This document shows, piece by piece, positions 50,995 through 64,000 of a stretch of 64,000 bases of DNA; the first letter of the stretch is position 1; each line of letters begins with the position of its first letter. Made by a program: the position numbers and the translations under genes. The notes under the pieces were generated by a model. It was not told the DNA's origin. It was given only the letters and a program-made list of their open reading frames with translations, and ran no database searches. Source of the DNA: Octopus bimaculoides (taxonomy: Eukaryota); the NCBI RefSeq assembly GCF_001194135.2, contig NC_069001.1, positions 21,618,810-21,682,809 on the forward strand. The letters run 5' to 3'.

Positions 50995-51180
50995 AAAGGC
51001 ACAAGGCATCAAATTTTGGGGGAGAGAAACAGTCGATTACATCGACCTCAGTGTTTCACTGGTACTTTTTTTATCGACCCCGGAAGAATGAAAGGCAAAG
51101 TCGACCTCGGCGGAATTTGAGGTCAGAACGTAAGGACGGACGAAATGCCACTAAACATTTTGCCCAGAGTGCTAGCGATT
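50995..51180 (-). mobile_element. SINE family A
   Basis: atcgaccccggaagaatgaaaggcaaagtcgacctcggcggaatttga. Confidence 0.85.
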
Positions 51181-51439
51181 GTCCTTACATTTAATAATAA
51201 CTTTTAGATTAATAACGTTTCGATTAAATATTTTTCAATTTAGAACTGTTCATGCTGCTCGCATCCTACCCTAATTCTCGTGTCGTTAAGTAGACAGAAG
51301 ATAAAACTAACTTTGGATATTTATGATTCACTAGAATCAGATTATTCATATTTGTTTTCTTTTTTTAACGCCACTCACAGTGAAAGATCAGATACAATTA
51401 ACATTTCATGGCATTCGACACTAGTGATATAAGCTTTTC

Positions 51440-51572
51440 TATTATAGGCGCAAATCTTGAAGAGTTTTGAGAGAAAGAGTAAGTCAATTATATCGACTCC
51501 AGTACACTACTGCTACTTATTTCATCGACTTTAAAAATAGACCTCGGTGGAATTTGAACTCAGAACGTAAAG
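51440..51572 (-). mobile_element. SINE family A, degenerate
   Basis: gacctcggtggaatttgaactcagaacgtaa. Confidence 0.7.
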
Positions 51573-52559
51573 AGGAATGAAAGAGAATAAATGGTAAACA
51601 AACATTATATTGAATGGTTGACCAGGCCAAAATGCTTGCAAAATTGTAAGCTGCTAAAGGTTCACAAGTATTTGAACATCAGAATAAACCAGAGATCAGA
51701 AACCACCGCGGCAAGTCTAAGATTCTGGCACATATATCTGGCAGATATTTTGGGTCTAGAATAACATTTTGGCATATATTTTCGAGCTAGAATAACCTGT
51801 TGGCATATATTTTGGAGCTAAAATAGCCTTATCATTAAAAATATCTCCTATTTTGGACATAATTTTAGTGCTAGTGACGAGAGCCAGAGAACTACTTCGC
51901 AGTTTATTGTCAAGTGTATTTTAAACCCTTCATGTTAAATCGTTTCATTTATGGATAATACTATAAAAGCTAAAAAAAAGAAACATCATTTATAACGACG
52001 TTTCATGGGGCTAAACAGTAACAATCGTCCCATCCAGGACTGCCACATTGACAAATAGTCTTTACTATAAATGCTACATCTTGTGAAGGAGCGAGGATGC
52101 ATTACCAATGGTTGGAACTGAGTTAATCGGATGTTTTATGTCTTTCAACATGAGAAATATTTGACTATCTGATTATACAGACGCATTGATGCACCGTCAT
52201 GCACCACAGGTACAACTGTCGATAAATCAAGCTAATTAATCCAAAGCCACTTAGCGGATTTCTCAGCAGCTGTGTCTACTGAAAATCAGGCTTCTTCTAT
52301 GCCATTCATGTAAAATCCAATCTTTTGAGAACATTGTATATCAAGCATCTTGCTAAATATCCTTTTTAAAGTAAAGCTGTTGAATCTGGTTGCTGAATAT
52401 AGCATTTAATTAGTGGTTATTGGTCTATTCTACGTGTAAACAGAGACTGTGTGTGAAAGGAGATTCGATGCTAACGCTGATTAAATTTATATGTTAACGA
52501 CAAAGTCAGTTTTAATATTACCTCTCTTACTAACTTATATTTTTTAACAAGCTAGCTGG

Positions 52560-52865
52560 CTAATCGGAACACCAGTGCCTGTCCTGACAGTGCCAGTCTA
52601 CGTGTCATTGGCAAGCAGATAAATCGCTGTTGCCTCTAGCGGTCGATCGTCCATCGTTGACAAAGCTAAACAGACCAAAATCATGTGATCTGGTGGTCTC
52701 CGCGCTGGAAGTAGCGGGAATTTATCTCTCCCATAGTGACATAAACAAAAGTGCATGTTGCACCAAAGAGCCAATATAAAAAATTCTCTCGAGGTAACTA
52801 CTGCAGTATAGTTTTCTCTTATAGAACATCCAGATTTAAGCAGCGTTAAATCTTATCTTACCTCT
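52560..52865 (-). repeat. Unclassified dispersed repeat X, copy 3
   Basis: Reverse complement aligns by eye to 34223-34515. Confidence 0.75.
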
Positions 52866-55751
52866 CTCTAACACTGACTTGCAGCAGAGCTTATCCTTTG
52901 TTATACTAGGTTCAACATAGTGATGTTGCAAATCCGCTTCCGACTTCTATAATTGCATTTCAACTTAATTTATTTTAAGGATCTGTTGGGTCCTGCAGAA
53001 TTTTTCTCAAATATATCTTATAACTAAGTTCTTTGAGAGGTTTGATAGCCAAAAATAATCCTCAAGATATTAACAGCTCCATTCAGGATTTTCTAGAGGA
53101 ATAACATGCAATAATGTTTGTCATTATCGACATGTTGATGATTTCACAGATGATGCAATTTATTTTCCATGTTCTTTGCCCTCACAATTTCTGCATAATA
53201 TCCATAGCGCAGGTATATGCATAACATTAGGTAAGTTGGTTTTCATGTAAATCCAGCCAAGAGCCTATCAGTAGCCATGGGGTTCTATGATCATGCAGCG
53301 TTCATCACTATACATTTTTAAAATTCCCAATATCTAAGCTAGCCTAGATGTAATGTCAAATTGCAGTTATTTCAATTTGCAGTTTTTCCTACATTTAAAA
53401 TGTTCCGTGAACAATACGGGGAAAGATTTCTCCAGTCTCTCCCCTACAGGAAGTCTGATCCAACAGTATTTGATATCATTACTGCCAGAGCAAAATATTA
53501 TACTATATTAACAGGGTGAGGAGAAAGTCTAAGATTATTAGCAGGTAGTAGTAGTTGTTTCAGTAACAACAGAAGTAGTATCAGTTGATATGGTGGCTGT
53601 TGTAGTAAAGTATATGAAATTCAAAGGCTTGCTTTGCGTTTTGAGCTCTGTTATAAACATGATAACCAAAATTTATACTATTTCAGAGCCTTAGTCAATT
53701 AACAATTACCTTAATGCAAAACAAAATTCTTTCATTTTATATATTCGTTCAGTTTCTAAGACTTCCGTCTACTTTCGCTTTCAACTGTCTGGGTTCTAAA
53801 ACCATTTAGTTTTAATATATGAGTGCAATTTTGATTCTAGTACAAAGTTGGAAATTTAGAAATGGGAAGTTTTAAATATTTCTAAGCTATATATTCTGGA
53901 TAAAGAACTTTAAACCAATTTAAATAGTCTTCTTTTGTAGTGTAACAGGAACATTATAAATTTTAAAAGCAAAATCAGTAAACGAAACACAGCAATTGGT
54001 ATGTATCTTGTAACAGAGGACTATAGAGCGAACAGTTTTCACCAATACTAATCAGGTAGTAACTGAATTGGCAGTGTTGATACTATTGATATTATTCAAT
54101 AAAATTTACGTATCGGTACACAACATTATTAAGAAACACTAAATAACTATTTCTTTTGAATAATAAAAATATAGCCTTTGGTGTTATTGTTAATAACCAG
54201 TTTAGTATATTTCGATTATTTTATAAATCATATCAAATAATACTACAAATAGAAGATCATTGAACCAAAGAGTATACACTATATTTTGACCCGTATCTAT
54301 GATCTAAGATCTAAGACAAGACAAAACATTTGTTTGAATTTGATTCTAATTTCTATCGAGTATTAACTTAAGTCGATCCCATTTTCTGCTCATCCCTCTA
54401 AACTTTGTAGCATTCTATGAAAGAATTTATTGTAGAGCACTCAATACTGATGAGATGGGTAAAAGTGTTGACTATAAGAATACAATCACCGCACATCTCG
54501 TTTTTTGTTCCTCATTGACAGGTTTGATAAATCAGCAAACAATCATACGCTAGAGTGTATATCCCATCAAATTTATGCTCTTTCAAAAGCTATATCACAT
54601 GGTGCCACTTTAGTAAATCTTAGTTACATGAATCTGTAGAAATGCAATTCACATTTATAAATATATAGATGTTTGTGCATGAGTGAGTGCGTGTATGTGT
54701 ACAGGGCAAGTTATATCATGTAGAAAGTGGACGTACCACAATGTTCTTGTCTCATAGTTCTTGTATCTTACTTTCTCTTCTGACTCTAGTAGTAACTATT
54801 TACAGGTAAACCTCAGAAAATGAATAAAAGACGGAGACTAAAGCTAAGTAGCAAATTTACTGGCTGCTTAATGACTGAATTCTTTACTCGTTTTATATTA
54901 TTCACCTTTTTTTTATTTCTTTACTTCAACACTTGGCTCTGTTTCATTTTGTTTTTAAGCAATTCTACATTTTTAGTAATCTAATGGCGAGAAAAATATT
55001 AGATTAGCTGAGTTCTTGCTGGCAGCGATAAGATGTCGAATAGTAACATCAAGGATCGGTGAACAATCGAACAAATTCAATATAATCTTAATGCAAACGC
55101 ACATACAAAAAGACGGGGAAACACTGATAATGTAAATGTGACTGAAGAGTAAGAATAATGGCTAAATGATTGTAGAGATCTAAAACTACACGCTTAAAGA
55201 GAAGAAACTTTGAAATAGTTAAATAGTAAAATAGCCTTCTGAAATAAAAATCAAATAAAATAGACACAAATTTGGAATAAAGTTGAATACTTTACTTAAA
55301 TGTAACTGCAAAAAAAAAAAAATAAATAAATAAAATAAAGAATTCCGTTTCGTTCTATTTTCTGAGCAGTTTTTAATCAAATTTCGTGTTTGCACTAAGT
55401 CTCAAATTTTGTGTAACCAGGTTCGAATGCCAGATTGCCTGTAGAGGAAATACAATTTTTATTTTCCAATTTCTGGTATCTTGCTTCTTTGGTATCAACA
55501 CTTTCAACTATCGTGCATTGCTATAAATATTATTCTAATACTGTGTGTTAACTACTGTTGTGTAATGAAAAACTAATTTTATAGAACGAATTCTAGTAAT
55601 TCATTGCTATATATTCAGATGACATGTAACAAGCTGTGCCTCAATAAACCATGTAAGCGGGGAATACATTAATACCATCTACGTCACGAATGTCATTTTA
55701 TAAACGATGATTTCATACCTTGCTAATCCTTTCCTTAATATTGATTTCAAA

Positions 55752-56052
55752 TTTTGGCACAACACCAGCAATTCCAGGGAAGTGAGATAAGTTGATTACA
55801 ACTGGCATTTATTCTATAGATCACGAAATGATGAAAACTTGACTTGAGCGGAATTTGAAAAACGGACGAAATGTCGCGAAGCATTCTGTCTGGCGTGCTA
55901 CCGATTCTACCAGCTCACCACGCTATACGAGGCCGGCTTTGTAGTTCATCCTTTCGGGGTCGATAAAATAAGTACCATCTGAATACTGGGGGTCGATCTA
56001 ATCGACTTAGCACCTCACTAAAATTGCTGGCCTTGTGCCAAAAATTTGAAAT
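55752..56052. mobile_element. Two adjacent SINE family A pieces in opposite orientation (55752-55920 -, 55931-56052 +)
   Basis: Reverse-complement head ...gattctaccagctcacc followed by a plus-strand core ttcatcctttcggggtcgataaaataagtacc. Confidence 0.8.
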
Positions 56053-56396
56053 TAATATTAGAGTCATTAAACTAAGCCTGCTGTAATATCACACACGCTT
56101 AATTGGTCCAACACAATGTAACTAATGTTCTTATATTGTTTTATTCTTTTACTTGTTTTAGTTATCAGACTGCAGCTATGGTGCTGCACAGTTTAGTCGA
56201 ACAAATCAACCGCAGAACTTTTTTATCGGAAACTATTTGCCGAACTGCTAAATTACGCGATTGGGACATAAACAAAGCATCTGCTGTCAAGTAATGGTGG
56301 GGGAGAAACATAAACACAAAGACACACAAAGGTACATATACGTGTACTCAATACTCACAAACACACACATACATACACACATATATATATGTAAGT

Positions 56397-56510
56397 ACGG
56401 CAGGCTTTTTTTGGTGTCCGTCTACCAAATCAACTCACAAGATATTGTAGAAGGTATTTGCTCCAAGGCATCAGCGCGCAGTGGGACTGAATCAGGGACT
56501 CTGGGTTATG
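56397..56510 (-). mobile_element. SINE family B fragment
   Basis: tccgtctaccaaatcaactcacaag...gcagtgggactgaatc. Confidence 0.75.
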
Positions 56511-56859
56511 TGGTTAGGGCGATTGTTGAAATGTATGACGCCATAGTCTCATAAAAAGCGGTGAAGCTATATAATTCTACATATATAGAGAAAAAAAAAG
56601 TGAATGTCATGCCTGGAACCATTACAATCATAAGTGTAAAGATACATACACATACACAAAGTCATACATGCACACACTTACGCACACATACACACGCACT
56701 AACGCGCATACACACAGACACGGTCACAGACATACACACACACACAAAGACGGTCACAGACAGACACACACTTATACACACGCGCACAGATAGATATTAG
56801 TATTAACGTAATAATAGTTATATTGAACGACAGTAGGGCAACAAAATTACGTTTCAAAT

Positions 56860-57231
56860 ACAAAACATGCGTTTGGAGGCTCCTGAGTCGCTTGCAAGAG
56901 CTGTCAATGACAAGAATATTATAAACAACTTCTGAGTACGCAGAAAATTTGGCGCTTGACAAAATATAGCATGTTTCTTCATTTCGGGCGAATTACCGGA
57001 CACTTAGACAGAACAATACATCAGGACTGTTTGAGGCTAAAGTATTTTCTGACCCTGAGGAGGAGGGCCAGTTCTTGAGATGATATGTTAAGAATGAAAT
57101 GGACTGATATTATTGGAGATGCATTGCAACATTTTATGACCGTTGTAATATTATCTTCTTCTTCTTCTTCTTCTTCTTCTTCTTCTTCTTCTTCTTCTTC
57201 TTCTTCTTCTTCTTCTTCTTCTTCTTCTTCT
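56860..57231 (+). mobile_element. Highly degenerate RTE LINE 3' end followed by (TCT)n
   Basis: MFLHFGRITGHLDRTIHQD..RRR..MKWTDIIGD resembles the RTE C-terminal YFGHI..R..GR...W.D.I pattern; (TCT)26 at 57154-57231. Confidence 0.5.
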
Positions 57232-58051
57232 AATGACTATTTGAATGATTGTTTTTATTTGTATTGTTATGTTTATAAATTCGACGCATAGGTTCAACTT
57301 TATCTATAGACAATTTATCATTTATGTTGTCATTATTTTCAAATTTAATTATTTGTGTATACACTGCCTTAGCCAATGCTGAGTTATAATAGTACTTATC
57401 AATATTAACGATTTCTTTGTGAGATGAGAGGTAAGTCATTCCACGTTGTATATTTTTAACTACACATTTAGTAATTATTTGGAGATGATTACTATCATAA
57501 TTAGTATATGTTAGCCTTGAATTAGGTTTGTGGTATGATGCTTAGTTTCCTGTGAGCAGGTTAAAGTTGGCATCTAAAAAAATTACGGAACTATGCTCAT
57601 TTGCTGCAGAAATTTTCAGGCCAAACCTATTAAAAAATCTATGAAATTTTTTCGTATAATTTTCTAATTATCTGTTACTAGTAGATTTAATTATAAATAA
57701 TGCATCGCAACTATATAACCCTTCGGCTTTTTCCGGAAATTCATTATTGAACTTATACAGAATATAAATTTCTACAATTCTACAATATCAGTGACGTGAA
57801 CTGAATCAGTAGATCCCATAAGTATGTCAAAGTAATCTTTTAATTTGCATTACTTTTCCTTTGCGATACAAATAAAATGAACTAAACATCTATTATATTT
57901 TTTCTTCTCCATTTTCTTTTATTCACTTTTTAATTTATGAGACTGCTTATACATACATTGTGGAACTTTCTATCAATAGCTTTGGTTAAACCTAGTTGGC
58001 ATCTAGATAGGTTTTAATAATTCCTTACGGGGATATTAATTCCGCAGATTG

Positions 58052-58091
<40 letters not shown>

Positions 58092-60026
58092 CGTGTGCGT
58101 GTGCGTGTGCGTGTGNNNNNNNNNNNNNNNNNNNNNNNNNNNNNNNNNNNNNNNNNNNNNNNNNNNNNNNNNNNNNNNNNNNNNNNNNNNNNNNNNNNNN
58201 NNNNNNNNNNNNNNNNNNNNNNNNNNNNNNNNNNNNNNNNNNNNNNNNNNNNNNNNNNNNNNNNNNNNNNNNNNNNNNNNNNNNNNNNNNNNNNNNNNNN
58301 NNNNNNNNNNNNNNNNNNNNNNNNNNNNNNNNNNNNNNNNNNNNNNNNNNNNNNNNNNNNNNNNNNNNNNNNNNNNNNNNNNNNNNNNNNNNNNNNNNNN
58401 NNNNNNNNNNNNNNNNNNNNNNATATATATATATATATATATAATTAAATAATTATGATTCAGATGAATTATGTACTTAAATTTGGACACCAAGCCAGTT
58501 CGGTATAATCCGCGCAGCTCGAAGTTAGGTGAATAAAAAGCAAATAAGTGACAAGGATGTCCAGGTATTAATGCATTACAGCCGATTCAAGCAGCTCCAT
58601 TTAATCGTCCAATGAAGACATTACATTAATTAAAAAAACACCGCCCTCCTCAGGCGCAGTCGATCATATAGGTTTCGAATATAAGGGATAAACCATTTTT
58701 TAAAGCACAATTTGCATCAGTACAAGACAACAAAACACATTGTCTCTCTTTGCTATGTAAGTGGCAAAACGAATTTATGGAAAAAAATCTAAAGCATACA
58801 ATAATGTAGAGAGTAGCAGAGGGAAATAATAGGGAGGGGTGTCAAGAGAAAAGAAATGGTGAATTGTTAATTTATATTTATATTTATCTTTGTTTTATGT
58901 ATAAGATTTTATGCATATAATCTACAACTCTTTAGAATTAAATCCGTTCGGAGGCGACAGTTAAGTTCCAGTTGATGGTGATAAATTAATTAGCGTTAGA
59001 TCTTCTCCCAGACCCTAATTTTACTCGGACTACGTAAAATGATAAGTCTCAGAGTTGCTAGTAGGAGAATGACAAATTGAGGAAAGGTAATAATTCGAAA
59101 GAAGAAAGACAGGAGCTGCTGGTACATATATAGATTATCAAATAAAAGGAGAATAAAGTGGAGCACAAATGAAAAGAAGTTCTCAGGTTGGGATTTAAAA
59201 ACAAGGTATATCAGCCGAAACATTGTGTTAACAACAAACAAGATGAGGACGAATATCCGTCAAATGTAAATAATGTAAATAATTCCTCATCTCTTAAATA
59301 TAGAACTGTGTTAACACTGTATTCACATAGTGTTTGAAGATGAAGTAAATGATATATTTCTAAAGGAAAGGAAAATAGAAAGCTTGCAAGTGAATCTATA
59401 TTTAAGAGAATCGGATGTCTCGGCAAATTTATACAATAATTATCATAAAGTACTTGACATTTCTCCCATTGTTTCTTCTTAAGCAATATTTTATTAAACT
59501 ACCAATACTTGAAGTGTTTAACTTTAGCAATATATATCTGCTGTATGGATTGCTTTGCAATATATCGAGAGAATATGTTATCACAATAGGAAATCCAAAT
59601 TTAGCATTATTTTTCACGGCAAAATCTAGACATGGCTTCCTTAATTAATTTTATAAATTATTTAATCTATTTATGAGTAACGAGAATAAGACATATTGAA
59701 CTATAGATGACACGTATTTTGTGTGATGATCTTTTACGTACATATGGTTAAATGTGGAGTTATTTGATTAGGAGACATTTAACTAACTATACAATTTCAT
59801 TGAAAATTGCATTAAGAATGGAAAAATTAAAAGTCAGTATAATCTTAAATGTGGACACTAAAATATTCTCCATTTTTGAGTTTCATAATTTGTAAAAGAA
59901 TATGATTTAATAATAACGAATATTCAAATTAGAGAATTGATCATTTATCTAAAAATTATGTGTAACTAACAGTGCTACATACATATATATACATACATAT
60001 ACATACATATACATACACATATATAT

Positions 60027-60084
<58 letters not shown>

Positions 60085-60653
60085 AAAAGAGCAAAGGTTC
60101 TTCCCGTGCAATAGATTGATAGGGCCGGTTTCCAGGATACTGGGGCGTATATATAAGCCATCCGTTTCGCGAAAGGACTCTCTGTCTCACTTCATCATGT
60201 GTTTCAGCTCCCTGTTCTGTCTATAACAAGGGAGAAGAAAAAGTCTCACAGAGAAATATATGCACCCATACATACACAAACGCACATAAATATATTGTAA
60301 AGGGTGTTAAGTTATGTCTTGGTAGGATCATGTAGCATACGAGTATAATTGTATTAGAATACAAGTATTAACGTTTCTTCCTGGTCTCTTGATATTTATG
60401 ACCGAGTCTATTTTTGTATCTACGCTTCAGTTATCAAATCCAAGTAGAGGTATAATGATCTATCTGCTTAACCTACGATTCAAATATGGGTATACTTTTT
60501 AATTTATTTAAATTATTAAGGATATACACTCATCCTAACACTTTTAAATATTTCTGAAAGTACATATATCAAGAAACACATAGGTGTATACATATAAATT
60601 TGCATACAAACAGAATAATATATACATGCGCACACTTACAAGCACATATATAC

Positions 60654-60950
60654 GATGTTCCTTTAGAACAAACTATAGTGCATTAGATACCATGGGAGAG
60701 ACACTTAAATTGGCTTTTGGTGCAAGATGCACTTTTGCCTATATCGCTAATGGGGAAATAAATATCCACCACCTCTAACACCGAGACCACCAGATTAGGT
60801 GACCTCAACCTTCCTTGGTCTTGTCAATACTGCCTCTGTCGCTAATATATATATTTTAAAAAGCTTCCTGGCTAATTGCGACATCAGCTCCTGATCTGGC
60901 ACTGTTCTTCTATATAATGCTGGCGGGTTGATGAGTAGCTGCTTTCTCAA
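60654..60950 (+). repeat. Unclassified dispersed repeat X, copy 4 (3' part inverted)
   Basis: gatgttcctttagaacaaactatag..ataccatgggagag..attggcttttggtgcaa..gagaccacca aligns to the other copies. Confidence 0.75.
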
Positions 60951-62342
60951 GCATTATTAGCGTCTATCGGTAATAATACTGCCTCTGTTGCTAATATTTA
61001 TAGATGTGTGTGTGCGCGTGTATGTTTGTGTGTGCGTGTACATAAATATATACAACCTATCTGATAAGATTTAATACTCTAATCTATCTCAAATTACCAG
61101 TAACACTGAGGGGTATCTTGATTCCAATCAAAATTCAAACAATTTTTATCCATCCATCTAACACGTGGTCATAAATATAAATCCTCCTGCGCAGTCGATG
61201 CTCGAAAGTCCTATGAATAAACGTAGAAATGATGGTTTAGTATTCATTCTAAGAGTAGATGTACAGAGTAAGCTAGTTCTAGCTTAGGACAATGTATTGT
61301 AACCATTCACAACATAAAGAGTTGAATAATTAAAATTCACTCATAAAACCAAACCATTTAACATCAATTTGAAATTCTACTACGAGAAACTACAAAACCT
61401 CAGTCAAAGTAACAATTCAAATGATATTAATAAGGGCCAAAAATCTCATTCGTGATTGTAGTAATATCGTGAACATTAAAAAAATAATAGATGATTAAAT
61501 GGTGACTAGCATCAGGGATAATAAATATTACACAGGACTCTCAGAGACGTCCCAGAATAGGTTCACGTTAGAGTGATATTTTATTAACCATTCGCTTGTT
61601 TTGAACAGGTATTATGTCGGCTCCACATCTTATACTTTTAAAAAGCTATAATCTATGTAGGCCTACTTTTGGTAAGGATTAAGAATTACAATATATTAGC
61701 AGAATATGTTTAGAGGTTAATGTCGAAGGATTAATATTCCGTTGAATATAGCAGCCACCACCACAAGGTATAAATGTAACCAAGGCTTTTTACAATGGAA
61801 GCGAGAAAATTACTACTAGTGGAAAATGTCTTTCTAAATTGAAAGAACGAAAGTAATTTTAAAGCATTCATAAAGACTTCAACAATTCAAAATTTTATAA
61901 ACTGTCAGACTATATAAAACTAATGATAAAAGCAAGTAACAAACCACTTAACACCATCTTGGGCTTATACTGCAAAATTATTCACGTTATCAACAACAAA
62001 ATCAGCCATTAAATACATGGAAGTACTGTGCAAATGTAAAGGTTACTGTTGATTTCAGTAAACATAAAATGATTTTCTTTTACATACGGCGTGTATAAAA
62101 ATTTCAATTATATAACCCATCAACTACTTAAAACTAATGATAAAATAATTAATAAAGCACTTACAGACAGCTGTTTTTAGTTTAGAATATTATACAAATT
62201 AACGAAACCCTAGTCATACTTCATACATAAATAATCAAATGAAATTTTTATTCCTCAAATTTATACTAAAGTTAATTTACTATTCCGTTAAGTAGCCATA
62301 CATACATACACATACATACATACATACATACATGTATGTATG

Positions 62343-62420
<78 letters not shown>

Positions 62421-62990
62421 NNNNNNNNNNNNNNNNNNNNNNNNNNNNNNNNNNNNNNNNNNNNNNNNNNNNNNNNNNNNNNNNNNNNNNNNNNNNNNNN
62501 NNNNNNNNNNNNNNNNNNNNNNNNNNNNNNNNNNNNNNNNNNNNNNNNNNNNNNNNNNNNNNNNNNNNNNNNNNNNNNNNNNNNNNNNNNNNNNNNNNNN
62601 NNNNNNNNNNNNNNNNNNNNNNNNNNNNNNNNNNNNNNNNNNNNNNNNNNNNNNNNNNNNNNNNNNNNNNNNNNNNNNNNNNNNNNNNNNNNNNNNNNNN
62701 NNNNNNNNNNNNNNNNNNNNNNNNNNNNNNNNNNNNNNNNNNNNNNNNNNNNNNNNNNNNNNNNNNNNNNNNNNNNNNNNNNNNNNNNNNNNNNNNNNNN
62801 NNNNNNNNNNNNNNNNNNNNNNNNNNNNNNNNNNNNNNNNNNNNNNNNNNNNNNNNNNNNNNNNNNNNNNNNNNNNNNNNNNNNNNNNNNNNNNNNNNNN
62901 NNNNNNNNNNNNNNNNNNNNNNNNNNNNNNNNNNNNNNNNNNNNNNNNNNNNNNNNNNNNNNNNNNNNNNNNNNNNNNNNNNNNNNNNNN

Positions 62991-63021
<31 letters not shown>

Positions 63022-63074
63022 ACATAGCAGGTAGTTGTAAAGTCTTAAAAAGAAATGTGAGTAGTAACAATACT

Positions 63075-63225
63075 AACAAATAAAGTTAATCGCCACATCA
63101 TGTTACAGCTCGTTATCAGTGAAGCACTGCACCCTGTACTTATATATATTGCCAGCAGGGGAGCGAAGCCCCACCATCGTCCAGCGGGGTCACGAGACTG
63201 ACTGAGTTTCGAGCTAGTTTGCTTC
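63075..63225. mobile_element. Second, deleted copy of the 17682-17980 MITE family
   Basis: 19-bp exact match taaagttaatcgccacatc (63081-63099 = 17694-17712); the reverse complement of 63100-63225 matches the MITE interior (gaaact.agtc.gtctcg.ga, gacgat.gt.gg, gtgcagtgc, gataac.agctg). Confidence 0.75.
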
Positions 63226-63459
63226 ACTCACTCACACACACACATACACATACACACACGCAAACATATACACAGGTATATATATACATACACGTATATA
63301 AATACATACATACATATGTGTGTGTGTATATATGTATACATGCAAACATACACACTCAAACACACATACACATATATACACACATATGCGTATGTTTGCA
63401 TATATGAATATTTTTGAATATGTAAACGCGTATATATACATACATACATACATACATAA

Positions 63460-63520
<61 letters not shown>

Positions 63521-64000
63521 CGTGTGTGTGTGTGAGGAATAAGGAGAAAATAGACAGGCAACTAATAAAATAATATTTATTAATTATAAAATATGACATC
63601 ACTGACAGCTGTTTCGATTTAGTAATCTTTCGAAAATTAATTTGTAAAATTAAAATCATTATAAGATGAATCTCTTCAGAGCTAGTAAAGATATGCCGGT
63701 TGGAAGTATATGTTCAGATAACAGCTATAAATCTTTAACTGATAACATATATAGAAAATGAGGTAGTTATAGAAAGCCTCAATTCAACATAATGGGGAGA
63801 AAGTAGTCTACATTTTGTGTCTTAAAGAAAGAAAACAAGAGAATAATAATAATATAATAGGGTATTATGAAGAAGAAAAAAAAAGGAAAAGAAAAAAGAA
63901 GAAAAACGCAGGTATGTATAAATATATAATAATGCCATATGATATACTTCTCTATAATACTGTAATACAAAAAATTAAAAGTTATAAAATTTAAGTCAAG

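Noticed and set aside
53540-53615. Thr-rich minus-strand frame (TTTATISTDTTSVVTETTTTTC)
   Set aside because: Short low-complexity (GTA/GTT) tract with no supporting splice donor or longer ORF.
56978-57093. Possible third exon (QNNTSGLFEAKVFSDPEEEGQFLR*) in phase with the candidate peptide ORF
   Set aside because: The acceptor is weak and another frame fits a decayed RTE C-terminus followed by a (TCT)n tail better.
16308-63083. Long ORFs in the supplied track made of X, YIYI, CVCV, HTHT, LSLS, IYLS or poly-K/S/M
   Set aside because: Translations of N-gaps and microsatellites, not genes.

Overview
Repeat-dense, AT-rich eukaryotic (animal) genomic DNA with 14 N-gaps (about 4.9 kb), most of them flanked by (TA)n or (CA)n microsatellites. 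The tRNA-derived SINE families and extreme microsatellite load resemble what I recall of an octopus (coleoid cephalopod) draft assembly; this is inference, not a database result. No intact host protein-coding gene is recognisable, so the window is probably intronic or intergenic. Most ORFs in the supplied track are microsatellite or gap artefacts. Recognisable content is degraded mobile DNA: Tx1/L1-clade LINE pieces (ORF1 zinc knuckle, endonuclease start, zf-RVT end), four Penelope-like element (PLE) fragments (RT and/or GIY-YIG), three RTE LINE remnants, a Tc1 DD34E remnant, a deleted DUF4817-type Tc1/mariner, two Chapaev-3-like transposons, hAT- and Tc1-like MITEs and many SINEs. The most interesting signal is a set of hammerhead-ribozyme (HHR) motifs of the minimal PLE/retrozyme type. 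One lies inside a 160-bp foldback whose arm is antisense to its own cleavage site (5670-5829). An inverted pair sits in a 185-bp foldback, each copy carrying a different core mutation (9152-9336). A degenerate one lies behind a PLE GIY-YIG ORF (43070-43158). The window also has many other inverted repeats, including a perfect 159-bp pair 1.15 kb apart and a roughly 200-bp-arm foldback, which could form dsRNA if transcribed. Also noted: an unclassified four-copy repeat family, a probable twin-priming RTE inversion, and a weak candidate two-exon small secreted-peptide ORF.
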